From positions 780,001 through 812,000 of the forward strand of contig CP064995.1 in assembly GCA_016700015.1 (NCBI GenBank): a DNA stretch of 32,000 nucleotides. The letters run 5' to 3'. The position numbers were made by a program, and so were the translations under genes. This DNA comes from Candidatus Saccharimonadota bacterium. Its GTDB lineage: Bacteria > Patescibacteriota > Saccharimonadia > Saccharimonadales > Saccharimonadaceae. Each line of letters starts with the position of its first letter. Position 1 is the first letter of the stretch. Positions 6,964-14,656 of the stretch are shown one piece after another. Below the pieces are notes generated by a model that made no database searches, was not told where the DNA came from, and was given only the letters and a program-made list of their open reading frames with translations.

Positions 6964-7797
6964 CTATAGCGCCAAAAACGCAATTCCAAGCAATACGATA
7001 CCCAGGCCTCTCAGGAAAAAGAGTGTGTGGTGACGGACAAGTAACGGCAGTGCATGAATATTCCACTTTAAAACTTGGTAGCGGATCCAATGATATGCGA
7101 TGAACATCGAATGCGACAGCACAAGCAGCGCAGTACCGCCAACTATCAGCCAAAAACGTAGTAGCATTTTGCCAACAGCTTCAGCATTCGAAGAGGGTGT
7201 TGCAATATCGAGTAGTATCATCCCCTTATGGACTAGTGTGCTCAAATTGTTAACAGGCTTGGTGGTGGCCGCCTGGTCGATTTGCTGGTTTAAATACGAG
7301 CTGGTATCGATGACTCCCTGGCGAGCATCGCGGATCACATTTGGAACAGTTGAAGGTGTGCCGTTACTCGGCTGAGCAGATGGGTTATATACGATGGACA
7401 CTAGGTCGGGCACGGAATTACTCGTAAATGGATCTAGACCCTGTACGGTAATGTCGTGGTTGCCTATTGGTACGGCCACACTTAATGTAACTTGTGATGA
7501 GCCAATATCGACTGCAACTGTATGGCTATATACCCCATCAATGTAAATCATTACTTGGCCGATGTTATGGACTTGTATCGTAACATCTACTGGTGATGAA
7601 TTGAATACTGTACCCGGTACTGGTGCGACAATATTCAAGACAGCAGGCTGACCATCATAGACGGTTGTGCTAATTTCAGTCTCCATCGCTCGCACCGGAA
7701 GTGATGTAATACAGCATAGCACACCAGTAACAGCTAGGCTGAGGGCGAGTTTAAATACGCCTACGAGGCGTGTGTTTACGCTTGTCGCGCAAAACAT
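6964..7797 (-). CDS. Membrane protein with an N-terminal signal peptide, an Ig-like beta domain and two C-terminal TM helices
   Basis: 277-aa ORF with ..SLPVRA/METE.., the beta-sandwich-like stretch PAVLNIVAPVPGTVFNSSPVDVTIQVHNIGQVMIYIDGVYSHTVAV and hydrophobic C-terminal segments. It overlaps the upstream gene by 47 nt. Confidence 0.65.
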   Translation of the reverse strand: MFCATSVNTRLVGVFKLALSLAVTGVLCCITSLPVRAMETEISTTVYDGQPAVLNIVAPVPGTVFNSSPVDVTIQVHNIGQVMIYIDGVYSHTVAVDIGSSQVTLSVAVPIGNHDITVQGLDPFTSNSVPDLVSIVYNPSAQPSNGTPSTVPNVIRDARQGVIDTSSYLNQQIDQAATTKPVNNLSTLVHKGMILLDIATPSSNAEAVGKMLLRFWLIVGGTALLVLSHSMFIAYHWIRYQVLKWNIHALPLLVRHHTLFFLRGLGIVLLGIAFLAL

Positions 7798-8668
7798 TTG
7801 CTCCCCCTACTAGTACAAGTACTCCTACCACAAGTAGCAGCCATCGTGGCACAACAAGCACTATAGACTCTGTAGTCTTGTTCTCATTCAATAGTTGACT
7901 CTGGACAGAGACTCTAAATAATCCGATCCAGGGAGAGTTGTCCCAAGCCAACTCTGTACGTCGCGTAGTACTAGGGAGAATAATATTTTCGCTGCTTGTA
8001 CTGAATTTTTCCTGTCCAAACAGGTCTTTTACGGTCATACGCGATACTGCATTAAAGTCTGTTTTACCTGTATTCTCAACGACAGTTTCACTTTTTATAG
8101 GGGCGGCGGGCTGGAAGAAATCGAGCAGCAGGCTTTTTACCTTCCCCACTGTTTGTGTCTCACCTTTTACATTTGTATATAGTATCAGCCCAAGTCTTTT
8201 CTTGCGCGCAACTCCCATCTCATCTCCGTTTGGTAGCACCATTGTCTCAACAAAAATCGTCCCGTAGTGTCCACCCGCTGGGATACCGGCACCAACTCGG
8301 ACAGTAAAGGGCACTGTTACCTTTTGCCCAGCTTCGAGATGCCATTTACTTTGCGGAAATGAAACCCATTTGTAGGCGTCTCCGTTGCCAGTCTGTGTAG
8401 TGAAGTCTTGCTCATATTGTTCACCTTTCACGGAATATGGTGCAGTATAGACGGTAAAATCATATGACGTATCGCCGTCGTTGACGACAATAAATGAGTC
8501 ATTTGTGGTACCTCCTGCTTCAAGCTGTAGCCTTTTGGCTGCCGGAGACAGGGTTATACTATCCCTCTGCTCAGCGGCCGCCACAGTGCCAAAAGGCACC
8601 ACCGTGAGAAACAGGGCTATTGCTAGCCCCGTTCTCAGGCAAGATTGTAGAGTCTTGGCAATATTCAC
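7751..8668 (-). CDS. Cell-surface protein: signal peptide, two beta-rich domains, C-terminal TM anchor with a basic tail (CscA/DUF916-like layout)
   Basis: The ORF track gives 7751..8704. I prefer GTG at 8668, which has AGGAAG 6 nt upstream and does not overlap the stop at 8679. That start gives MNIAKTLQSCLRTGLAIALFLTVVPFGTVAAA/EQ. Other features: ..IPAGGHYGTIFVET.., and the C-terminal helix WLLLVVGVLVLVGGA followed by RDKRKHTPRRRI. Confidence 0.7.
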   Translation of the reverse strand: MNIAKTLQSCLRTGLAIALFLTVVPFGTVAAAEQRDSITLSPAAKRLQLEAGGTTNDSFIVVNDGDTSYDFTVYTAPYSVKGEQYEQDFTTQTGNGDAYKWVSFPQSKWHLEAGQKVTVPFTVRVGAGIPAGGHYGTIFVETMVLPNGDEMGVARKKRLGLILYTNVKGETQTVGKVKSLLLDFFQPAAPIKSETVVENTGKTDFNAVSRMTVKDLFGQEKFSTSSENIILPSTTRRTELAWDNSPWIGLFRVSVQSQLLNENKTTESIVLVVPRWLLLVVGVLVLVGGANVLRDKRKHTPRRRI

Positions 8669-8678
8669 ACAATTCTTC

Positions 8679-9287
8679 CTATTTTGCAGTAGCCGTGTAC
8701 ACAACTACGTCGGAGTACGTACCGGTAGGCTTACTTGAGTCAACTTTCGCAGCATACCATATATCAGTTACTTCGTTTGTTGCAACTGCTGAGGTATCCT
8801 TCAGTGTGAACGGTGAGCCGCTTGCTGGCATACCAGCCCATTTGCTTGTCGCAGATGTTGAGCTCGATTCAGCAGAATATGTTGTGTCAAATGGTGCACC
8901 AGGTGTCGCAAAACCCCATGTATTAACTGCAAGCGTATTAGGAGAGCCCACTGTGTTCGAGGAAGCGGCAATAGTATACGCACCGCTCACTAAGGTAGTA
9001 GTAGCATCAACATCTTGTACAGTTAGTGTATACCCGCTTGTACTATTACAGTTAATCGTGATGGCATCTTTTGCACTCGACTCAACGGCGCTCGCACCAG
9101 GGAGCAAAGAGAAGCTGACTTTGTTTGCTGTGCCTTGGGAAGTTGTTGTCATGCTTATTGTCGAGTTCACAGTTGCTTCTACGGTGACGTTTTGTGTAAT
9201 AGCACTCGCTGTTGGTGCTACGACCAGCCCGACAACAGCAATAACGCCAGCACTGGCGACTAACGCTGATTTTATGGGTTGTTTCAT
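8679..9287 (-). CDS. Small secreted beta-rich protein, WxL-like (first gene of the surface locus)
   Basis: 202-aa ORF with SD AAAGGAAAC upstream. Signal peptide ..VVAPTASA/IT. Motifs SGYTLTV, NTWGF, SKWAG and a C-terminal KPTGTYSDVVVYTATAK are shared with the C-terminus of the LamG protein. Confidence 0.7.
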   Translation of the reverse strand: MKQPIKSALVASAGVIAVVGLVVAPTASAITQNVTVEATVNSTISMTTTSQGTANKVSFSLLPGASAVESSAKDAITINCNSTSGYTLTVQDVDATTTLVSGAYTIAASSNTVGSPNTLAVNTWGFATPGAPFDTTYSAESSSTSATSKWAGMPASGSPFTLKDTSAVATNEVTDIWYAAKVDSSKPTGTYSDVVVYTATAK

Positions 9288-9322
9288 GGTGGTTTGTTTC
9301 CTTTTTGTTAGTATCTGCGGTG

Positions 9323-9352
9323 ATTATCGCATAGCGCTAATGGTAATGTCAA
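9323..9352 (-). promoter_or_regulatory. Sigma70-type promoter of the surface-protein locus
   Basis: On the minus strand: TTGACA (9352..9347), an 18-nt spacer ending in TGc, then GATAAT (9328..9323). An SD-containing leader of about 30 nt follows. Confidence 0.55.
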
Positions 9353-9371
9353 GCCAAGTATTCTACCAATA

Positions 9372-9947
9372 CTATTGTGGATTTTGCAACAATCTTGCAA
9401 GCGCTTGCCTCGTACCGTCGTTGGTTACATGCCAAATACTCTGCATACCGGCTACTTCTGCTCCATCACAGTTTTCTTCGATATCATCAATCATCACACA
9501 TTCGCCAGTCGGTACTGCAAGTCGCTCAGCCATAAGTGTGAAAATGGCCGGATTGGGTTTGAGTAAATGTTCTTGGTACGAAAGCACTACGGCGTCAAAT
9601 AACTCATGTAGCTCGTCACCGAATAGCCGTTCCACCGTCCCGTTACTGACATTGCTCAGTAACCCGATCTTGTACTCACCATCTTTTTTTAGCAAGCGCA
9701 CAAACTCAACCAGCTCCTCATTACGTTGGTGTTTCATACGCAGTATGGTCTCAACGTCTTCGTACGATGCATCAAACAGTTCGGCAATCCCCGCTATATA
9801 GTCATGCGTTTCGATAAACCCATAGTCTGCTTGCTTATTGAGATCACGCAGGTCCTGGAGCCGATCCTCTGGGCACATACCGGTAATAGTGTTCAGGCTC
9901 CCGCCATACAGTACCCCAAAACAATCGAATACGATGCCACGCGTCAT
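9372..9947 (-). CDS. HAD-superfamily hydrolase (subfamily IA-like)
   Basis: Motif I IVFDCFGVL, motif II IGLLSN, motif III KPNPAIF, motif IV MIDDIEEN. The ORF track start is 9974. I prefer ATG 9947 (MTRGIVFD..), which has TATACT 6 nt upstream. Confidence 0.85.
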   Translation of the reverse strand: MTRGIVFDCFGVLYGGSLNTITGMCPEDRLQDLRDLNKQADYGFIETHDYIAGIAELFDASYEDVETILRMKHQRNEELVEFVRLLKKDGEYKIGLLSNVSNGTVERLFGDELHELFDAVVLSYQEHLLKPNPAIFTLMAERLAVPTGECVMIDDIEENCDGAEVAGMQSIWHVTNDGTRQALARLLQNPQ

Positions 9948-9953
9948 GCCTCC

Positions 9954-9959
9954 AGTATA
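9954..9959 (-). promoter_or_regulatory. -10 box (TATACT) 6 nt upstream of ATG 9947
   Basis: Minus strand reads gcgcTATACTggaggcATG. Confidence 0.35.
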
Positions 9960-9974
9960 GCGCGATAACCGCAC

Positions 9975-10580
9975 TTAGTAAATTTCGTCGAACTGTGGCT
10001 TAAAATCTGGGATTTGATTGACAAATAGTGCCTGTACTCGCCCCGAATCAGCGGCCATCGTACCCTTAGAACCGTTACAGGTGGTCGTCCACAGTGTGTG
10101 GTCTGCAGTGCCATCGTTCAATGATTCATATTTAAACGCCAGGCCATGAGTAGCGCAAACACCTCGAAAATCAACGCCTGTTGCACTGCGAGTTTTGGCA
10201 ATATCGGCTTTTTCGAGCGCGTAAACAAACTCTTCGTATGCGCGAGCAGTGTTGCTATAGGTCTTCGTATCTATCACCTGCTCTTCGTAGCCGCTATAGG
10301 TTACAAAGCTACGCTTAGTAGGAGTGATGGTGATAGCGTAGGTCTTAAACTTCTCGTCAGCAACAATCGGCCCGCGCACCGTCCAGCGAACAGCGCGGTT
10401 ATCACCAGTTTCGTGCAGTGCCGTTAGCACCGCTTCAGTTGATTCAACACCCGCCGGGCCCTGTGAGGTGCCGCTTGTGAACACCATGCGACCTACCGAA
10501 ACAATCGCCGCAATCACCAGCGCAATCACAAGAATGATAATGATGATGGGTAGAATACGTGGTCCTGATCCTCGATACAT
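9975..10580 (-). CDS. Membrane-anchored protein with an extracytoplasmic domain, function unknown
   Basis: The ORF track gives a TTG start at 10637. ATG at 10580 gives MYRGSGPRILPIIIIILVIALVIAAIV.., a single TM helix. The ectodomain contains two Cys. No family recognised. Confidence 0.6.
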   Translation of the reverse strand: MYRGSGPRILPIIIIILVIALVIAAIVSVGRMVFTSGTSQGPAGVESTEAVLTALHETGDNRAVRWTVRGPIVADEKFKTYAITITPTKRSFVTYSGYEEQVIDTKTYSNTARAYEEFVYALEKADIAKTRSATGVDFRGVCATHGLAFKYESLNDGTADHTLWTTTCNGSKGTMAADSGRVQALFVNQIPDFKPQFDEIY

Positions 10581-10626
10581 ACCACTATCTTGCCACTCCC
10601 AGTGCCAAAAGTCAAAGGTAAGCGTA

Positions 10627-11331
10627 TTAAGCCGCAAGTGCTATGCTGCGTATGCCCATCGCCTGTTGCACTGCCGTACGGTGTGTGCGCTCAAAGCTAT
10701 CTGAGTATTCAATCTCGCGCATTTGTTGCACCGCCACAATCATTGACTCTAGCGCCTCAATATCTTCGTAGTACACCGCGCCGTCGCAACCATCGCGGTA
10801 CTCAAGTTCGTACAAGTGCCATTTCTTGTCCATGCGGCCTTCGATGCGCAACTGGTCACGCGGCGGCGCAAACAATGCTGGGTGTTTACCGGAAGGCCAA
10901 TTACTGTAGCCTCTTGGCGCAACTTGGAGCCACAGTCGCCGAGCTGCGTCTATGTTGACCCTCAGAATTCGCGGTTCAACATAGCGACCATTCAACAAGT
11001 TTTGTTCAACAACAAGCCAACTCGTCGTGTCGCTCGGGTCAGTCCATGGGTCTTTGCGCACGGCAAGCAAACTGCCCGTCTCGGCAGAGTAGCCAGAGAA
11101 AACTGGTACCGAGAATACCCGTTCGTTTCCGTATACATCATGCCGCTTTGGCCAAGGGTGGTGACCAGCAAACCGTTCATTTGAGTCGGCGTGCCCTAGT
11201 AAGTTCCATTTCGTGGTGTCGTAGACCTGCATTTTTACCGGGTCGTCGACAAGCTGTTCGGCAAGACTATAAAGGTCTGCCTCTGGGCATGAGCCCAGTT
11301 TGTACTGCACCATTTTCATGCTGCTGTTCAC
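10627..11331 (-). CDS. Hypothetical protein (orphan)
   Basis: 234-aa ORF with a GTG start at 11331 (an alternative ATG lies at 11319, after AAGGGTG). No motif recognised. It sits in an operon position between two other orphan ORFs. Confidence 0.6.
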   Translation of the reverse strand: MNSSMKMVQYKLGSCPEADLYSLAEQLVDDPVKMQVYDTTKWNLLGHADSNERFAGHHPWPKRHDVYGNERVFSVPVFSGYSAETGSLLAVRKDPWTDPSDTTSWLVVEQNLLNGRYVEPRILRVNIDAARRLWLQVAPRGYSNWPSGKHPALFAPPRDQLRIEGRMDKKWHLYELEYRDGCDGAVYYEDIEALESMIVAVQQMREIEYSDSFERTHRTAVQQAMGIRSIALAA

Positions 11332-11414
11332 CCTTTTTCTAGACTTTTTGTGTTAGACGTACAAAAGCCTAATCCTGTAATACACCCTCTGCATAATAAA
11401 CACAAGTGAGATGA

Positions 11415-12389
11415 TCAATATAGGTAGCCAAATCGATTGTCAGTCAGTCCATGCTCACGGATGATCCGGTTGAGCATGTCACGAGCCGGTATATCATTCA
11501 CAAATCGAAAGTACGCAAGATCCCCGAAGGTATCTGGCAAAATACACAGTAGTATGGTTTGCGCTCGTTGTATACCGTGCCCGTTCATAACCACAACATA
11601 GCTTTGCTCATCAGCCCGCAGTCGCTCGTGCTCGGTCAATCGTCCTTCGTTCACTAGTTCATCAAGCCGATGGCGAAACGATGATGGTGTTTTAACATCA
11701 ATATTTACATAGCGACCGTCCTCCGGGTCAAGCACTTGCATATCAATCCCCATTGCATCATGCGAGCGGTCGGTCATATGGGCATGAAACCCGTTGTTGA
11801 TGGCAGCATAGTACAGCGCGATTTCGCGCGTCAGCCCACGAATGATTGCCGTCCATTGCTCATCGGTAAAACATGGCGCACCAACCCGTTTACATATACG
11901 ATCAGCGCATTGTTTGGTCGCCTCACTAAACCTCATGCGCTTTGCGTCATCCAGTAGCATCACGGTCGCCACAAGTGTATCGTTGAAATCAATAAGCTCA
12001 AATAGCCGCTCCTGCTTGTTGCGGTAGCCGTGAGGGTGTTGATCCATCTGTATTTGTGCCAGTACCGCCCGAGGCACTTGAACGAGCAGCGCTACCAGTC
12101 CATCATGTGCATTATTTGAGCGAGTAAACTTTTTGCGCAGCCTACTAATGTCTCTGTCGAGATCGTGAACCTCTGGACGCCGCTGCAGCATGCCCACCAC
12201 TTGCTCTTCGGCACATTCAAAGAAATCTGTGCTATTACAAACATACTGCACGTCCTCGCGCGGGCTAATAAATTGTCGGTCTCGCCGCCTATCTCGACGT
12301 TTGAACTGCCGATACGCATAGCGACTATGGCGAATACGGTGCGGCCCAAACCGACGCCAATGATGCCTAAATCCATGAAACATTGTCAT
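11415..12389 (-). CDS. Hypothetical protein with an Arg-rich N-terminus and a possible PD-(D/E)xK nuclease-like core
   Basis: 324-aa ORF. An ATGA overlap links it to the upstream stop. The N-terminus reads FRHHWRRFGPHRIRHSRYAYRQFKRRDRRRDRQ. The stretch ..TREIALYY..GIDMQVL..YVNIDVKT.. has E / D / DxK spacing. Confidence 0.6.
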   Translation of the reverse strand: MTMFHGFRHHWRRFGPHRIRHSRYAYRQFKRRDRRRDRQFISPREDVQYVCNSTDFFECAEEQVVGMLQRRPEVHDLDRDISRLRKKFTRSNNAHDGLVALLVQVPRAVLAQIQMDQHPHGYRNKQERLFELIDFNDTLVATVMLLDDAKRMRFSEATKQCADRICKRVGAPCFTDEQWTAIIRGLTREIALYYAAINNGFHAHMTDRSHDAMGIDMQVLDPEDGRYVNIDVKTPSSFRHRLDELVNEGRLTEHERLRADEQSYVVVMNGHGIQRAQTILLCILPDTFGDLAYFRFVNDIPARDMLNRIIREHGLTDNRFGYLY

Positions 12390-12760
12390 AAATCCTTGAT
12401 GTTTATTTCAATTTTTTTATGCCTTGCATCAGTATACCAAGCTTCGTAGATTTGTGCACAGTAACGCGCTACACCAGGGAGGCTGAGTACTTTTTTCGCA
12501 TGGGCCCTCGCATATAGGCCGAATTCTCCTTGGCTACTCTCTTTTGCGGTAAACGCCGTGAGCATCACTTCGGGGTTCGCCGCAATTGCTTTACTGTGCA
12601 GCGCATTTGTCTTACTGAACCACTCGACCGCACCAGCCTCGTACTTTGTCATTGTCACCGGTACTGCCCATGGCCTGCCCGAAGCGTCGATCGTCGCCAC
12701 GGTAATATGTGCAAGCCCTTTCATAAATTGCCGTACCTTAGTTATGTCCTGTGCTGCCAT
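12386..12760 (-). CDS. Pyridoxamine 5'-phosphate oxidase-like FMN-binding split-barrel family protein
   Basis: The stretch ..LAHITVATIDASGRPWAVPVTM..WFSKTNALHSKAIAANPEVMLTAF.. is typical of the PNPOx-like/general stress protein 26 family. The ORF track start is 12847. ATG 12760 follows GAGGAAAGGG and shortens the overlap with dut. Confidence 0.6.
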   Translation of the reverse strand: MAAQDITKVRQFMKGLAHITVATIDASGRPWAVPVTMTKYEAGAVEWFSKTNALHSKAIAANPEVMLTAFTAKESSQGEFGLYARAHAKKVLSLPGVARYCAQIYEAWYTDARHKKIEINIKDL

Positions 12761-13175
12761 ACGCGCCCTTTCCTCTTTTTGTATCGTCAAGACTCGCGGC
12801 GTCTTGCCAGTCAACTCTTTCGTATTGGCTGACAACCATTTGCGCAATCCTCATGCCTGGTTCAACAGTAAATACTTCATTGCTCGTATTGAGCAAAATC
12901 ACTCCCACTTCCCCGCGGTAGTCAGCGTCAATCGTGCCCACGCCATTGGCGGGCATTATGCCATACTTCGCCGCCATACCACTACGCGCCCGAATTTGCG
13001 CTTCGTAACCCGGCGGCAGCGCAATCGCAAAGCCAGTCGGGACAATCGCCCGCTCATGCGGTGCAATCGTCACTGGCGCATCGATACAAGCCACCACATC
13101 CATCCCTGCTGCATACTCAGTTTGGTACTCTGGGTACTGTGCGGCTTTGTGTAATTTTTTTATTCGGATCTTCAC
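12738..13175 (-). CDS. dut: dUTP diphosphatase
   Basis: The five dUTPase motifs are present: AAGMDV, RSG, GTIDADYRGE, RIAQMV and a C-terminal RGKGAYGSTG. The GTG start overlaps the HIT stop (GTGA). Confidence 0.95.
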   Translation of the reverse strand: MKIRIKKLHKAAQYPEYQTEYAAGMDVVACIDAPVTIAPHERAIVPTGFAIALPPGYEAQIRARSGMAAKYGIMPANGVGTIDADYRGEVGVILLNTSNEVFTVEPGMRIAQMVVSQYERVDWQDAASLDDTKRGKGAYGSTGHN

Positions 13176-13657
13176 CGCAGCTCCTTATAACTGTCGTTTG
13201 GGAAGATATTACGCACTCCACCACGCGGATTTTTCATATCACCCTGCCAGCGCGGCATAAGATGCAGGTGGAAATGCGGCACGCTCTGTCCCGCCTCAGG
13301 TCCATCATTAAGCCCAAAGTTAAATGCATTGGGTTCACCTGCCCGTAGCGCCAGGCTAGCAAGGGCACCTTGTTGTAATGAACGATTGGTGTCGTCTGCC
13401 GCTTCAAGCATTGTTCGGTAAAGTTGCTCAAGGTCTGTTTCACGAATCGTCTGCATCACCCAGCGCGCAAAACGCAGCAGGGTCGCATCTTCTTCATCGC
13501 TCAACTGCTCGATATACTGCACATGCCGTTTCGGTGTTCGCTCCACATGCCCGGGCGTCACAGGGTACAAATCCCAGCGGGCTCGCCGCAGCTCGGTTTC
13601 GGCGAACGTATTGTCACCCCGGCTCCACTCATCACAAAACACACATAGTTCTGACAT
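13172..13657 (-). CDS. HIT (histidine triad) family nucleotide hydrolase/transferase
   Basis: Histidine triad HFHLHLMPR, plus an N-terminal CVFC and ..YPVTPGH... Confidence 0.85.
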   Translation of the reverse strand: MSELCVFCDEWSRGDNTFAETELRRARWDLYPVTPGHVERTPKRHVQYIEQLSDEEDATLLRFARWVMQTIRETDLEQLYRTMLEAADDTNRSLQQGALASLALRAGEPNAFNFGLNDGPEAGQSVPHFHLHLMPRWQGDMKNPRGGVRNIFPNDSYKELR

Positions 13658-13664
13658 GATTTTT

Positions 13665-13670
13665 ATTATA
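13665..13670 (-). promoter_or_regulatory. Extended -10 box (TGcTATAAT) 7 nt upstream of ATG 13657
   Basis: Minus strand reads atTGcTATAATaaaaatcATG. Confidence 0.5.
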
Positions 13671-13683
13671 GCAATCTATCACC

Positions 13684-13689
13684 TATACT
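13684..13689 (+). promoter_or_regulatory. -10 box (TATACT) 7 nt upstream of ATG 13697
   Basis: Plus strand reads cacCTATACTctaagctATG. It is divergent from the HIT promoter within a 39-bp intergenic region. Confidence 0.45.
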
Positions 13690-13696
13690 CTAAGCT

Positions 13697-14104
13697 ATGA
13701 AGCCAGTGACCCTACAGGTGGGAGTAAAAGTACTACTCGTCAATAACGATGGGCAATTCTTGTTTCTCAAACGTAACCAAGCCATCTACCCAGGTGTAAA
13801 CGAGTGGGACATCCCTGGCGGCAGGATTGCCAACCATGAACCACTGCGCAACGCACTGGCGCGGGAAGTTCTAGAAGAAACGGGCCTAAAGCTGACCGGC
13901 GAACCCGTACTACTAAACGCGCAGGATATATTCCCCACTAGTAACTCAGTGCATGTCGTTCGGCTCACTTACAAAGCGAAAGCCAGCGGCACGGTGCAGC
14001 TTAGTAGTGAGCACATAGAGTACCAGTGGCTTACTTTAAATAACGCTCTCAAATACAACATCGATCCGTACATCCGCGTAGTGCTTACAGACCTAAAAAT
14101 ATAG
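13697..14104 (+). CDS. Nudix hydrolase
   Basis: Nudix box GGRIANHEPLRNALAREVLEETGL, matching GX5EX7REUXEEXGU. Confidence 0.9.
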   Translation: MKPVTLQVGVKVLLVNNDGQFLFLKRNQAIYPGVNEWDIPGGRIANHEPLRNALAREVLEETGLKLTGEPVLLNAQDIFPTSNSVHVVRLTYKAKASGTVQLSSEHIEYQWLTLNNALKYNIDPYIRVVLTDLKI

Positions 14105-14656
14105 TTTTATGGCTGCAATCAACACGACTACTTCTACCGACACAAAGAAAATCATCTGTGTAAGCCAGAAATGTTTATGCCTCATGAGCGACGACCATGC
14201 ATAGACAATAAAAAGCCAGACGAGATAGCATATAACGAGCAGGTTTGGTACGCCAGCATTTTGCATAAATACAACCGAAAATAGTAGATATGCACCAGCC
14301 ATAATCCAGGCAGTCACCTGATGAGCGTCTTTCAGGCTAATTGGTGCATGGAGGGTTTTTATACTAAGCGCAAATGCCTGAGCAATATCAAACGTTGCTG
14401 CAACTGCTAATATGCCCGCCGACCATCGTAGTTGTGTAGAAGGCCACATCCATAGAGCGAATATATAAAAGCATACGGCACCAATCACATGCATTGTGCG
14501 GTGCAATACTAGTGTGTCTTTGCCCGCAAGTGCGCTCTCGCTAATCGAGCGCCAAACCTTTCCTCGTTTACGTGCGATTGCAATGACTAATCCGTGCCAT
14601 AGATTCACGAAGATCAGGGGAACAAGCAGTGCAAACTGCACTATACCTCCCCCCAA
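14093..14656 (-). CDS. Polytopic membrane protein, function unknown
   Basis: 187-aa ORF with 5-6 hydrophobic helices. It overlaps the polA stop by 16 nt and the convergent Nudix 3' end by 12 nt. Confidence 0.6.
   Translation of the reverse strand: MGGGIVQFALLVPLIFVNLWHGLVIAIARKRGKVWRSISESALAGKDTLVLHRTMHVIGAVCFYIFALWMWPSTQLRWSAGILAVAATFDIAQAFALSIKTLHAPISLKDAHQVTAWIMAGAYLLFSVVFMQNAGVPNLLVICYLVWLFIVYAWSSLMRHKHFWLTQMIFFVSVEVVVLIAAIKLYF

Noticed and set aside
8620-9801. 393-aa plus-strand ORF, the longest plus-strand ORF in the left half
   Set aside because: It runs antisense across two well-supported minus-strand genes (the secreted 202-aa protein and the HAD hydrolase) and their promoter region. 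It has low-complexity Ser/Val/Ala-rich composition, no RBS or promoter, and no motif. It is a shadow ORF.
12558-13154. 198-aa plus-strand ORF
   Set aside because: It is antisense to dut and the PNPOx-like gene, both with clear family motifs. It has no start context or motif.
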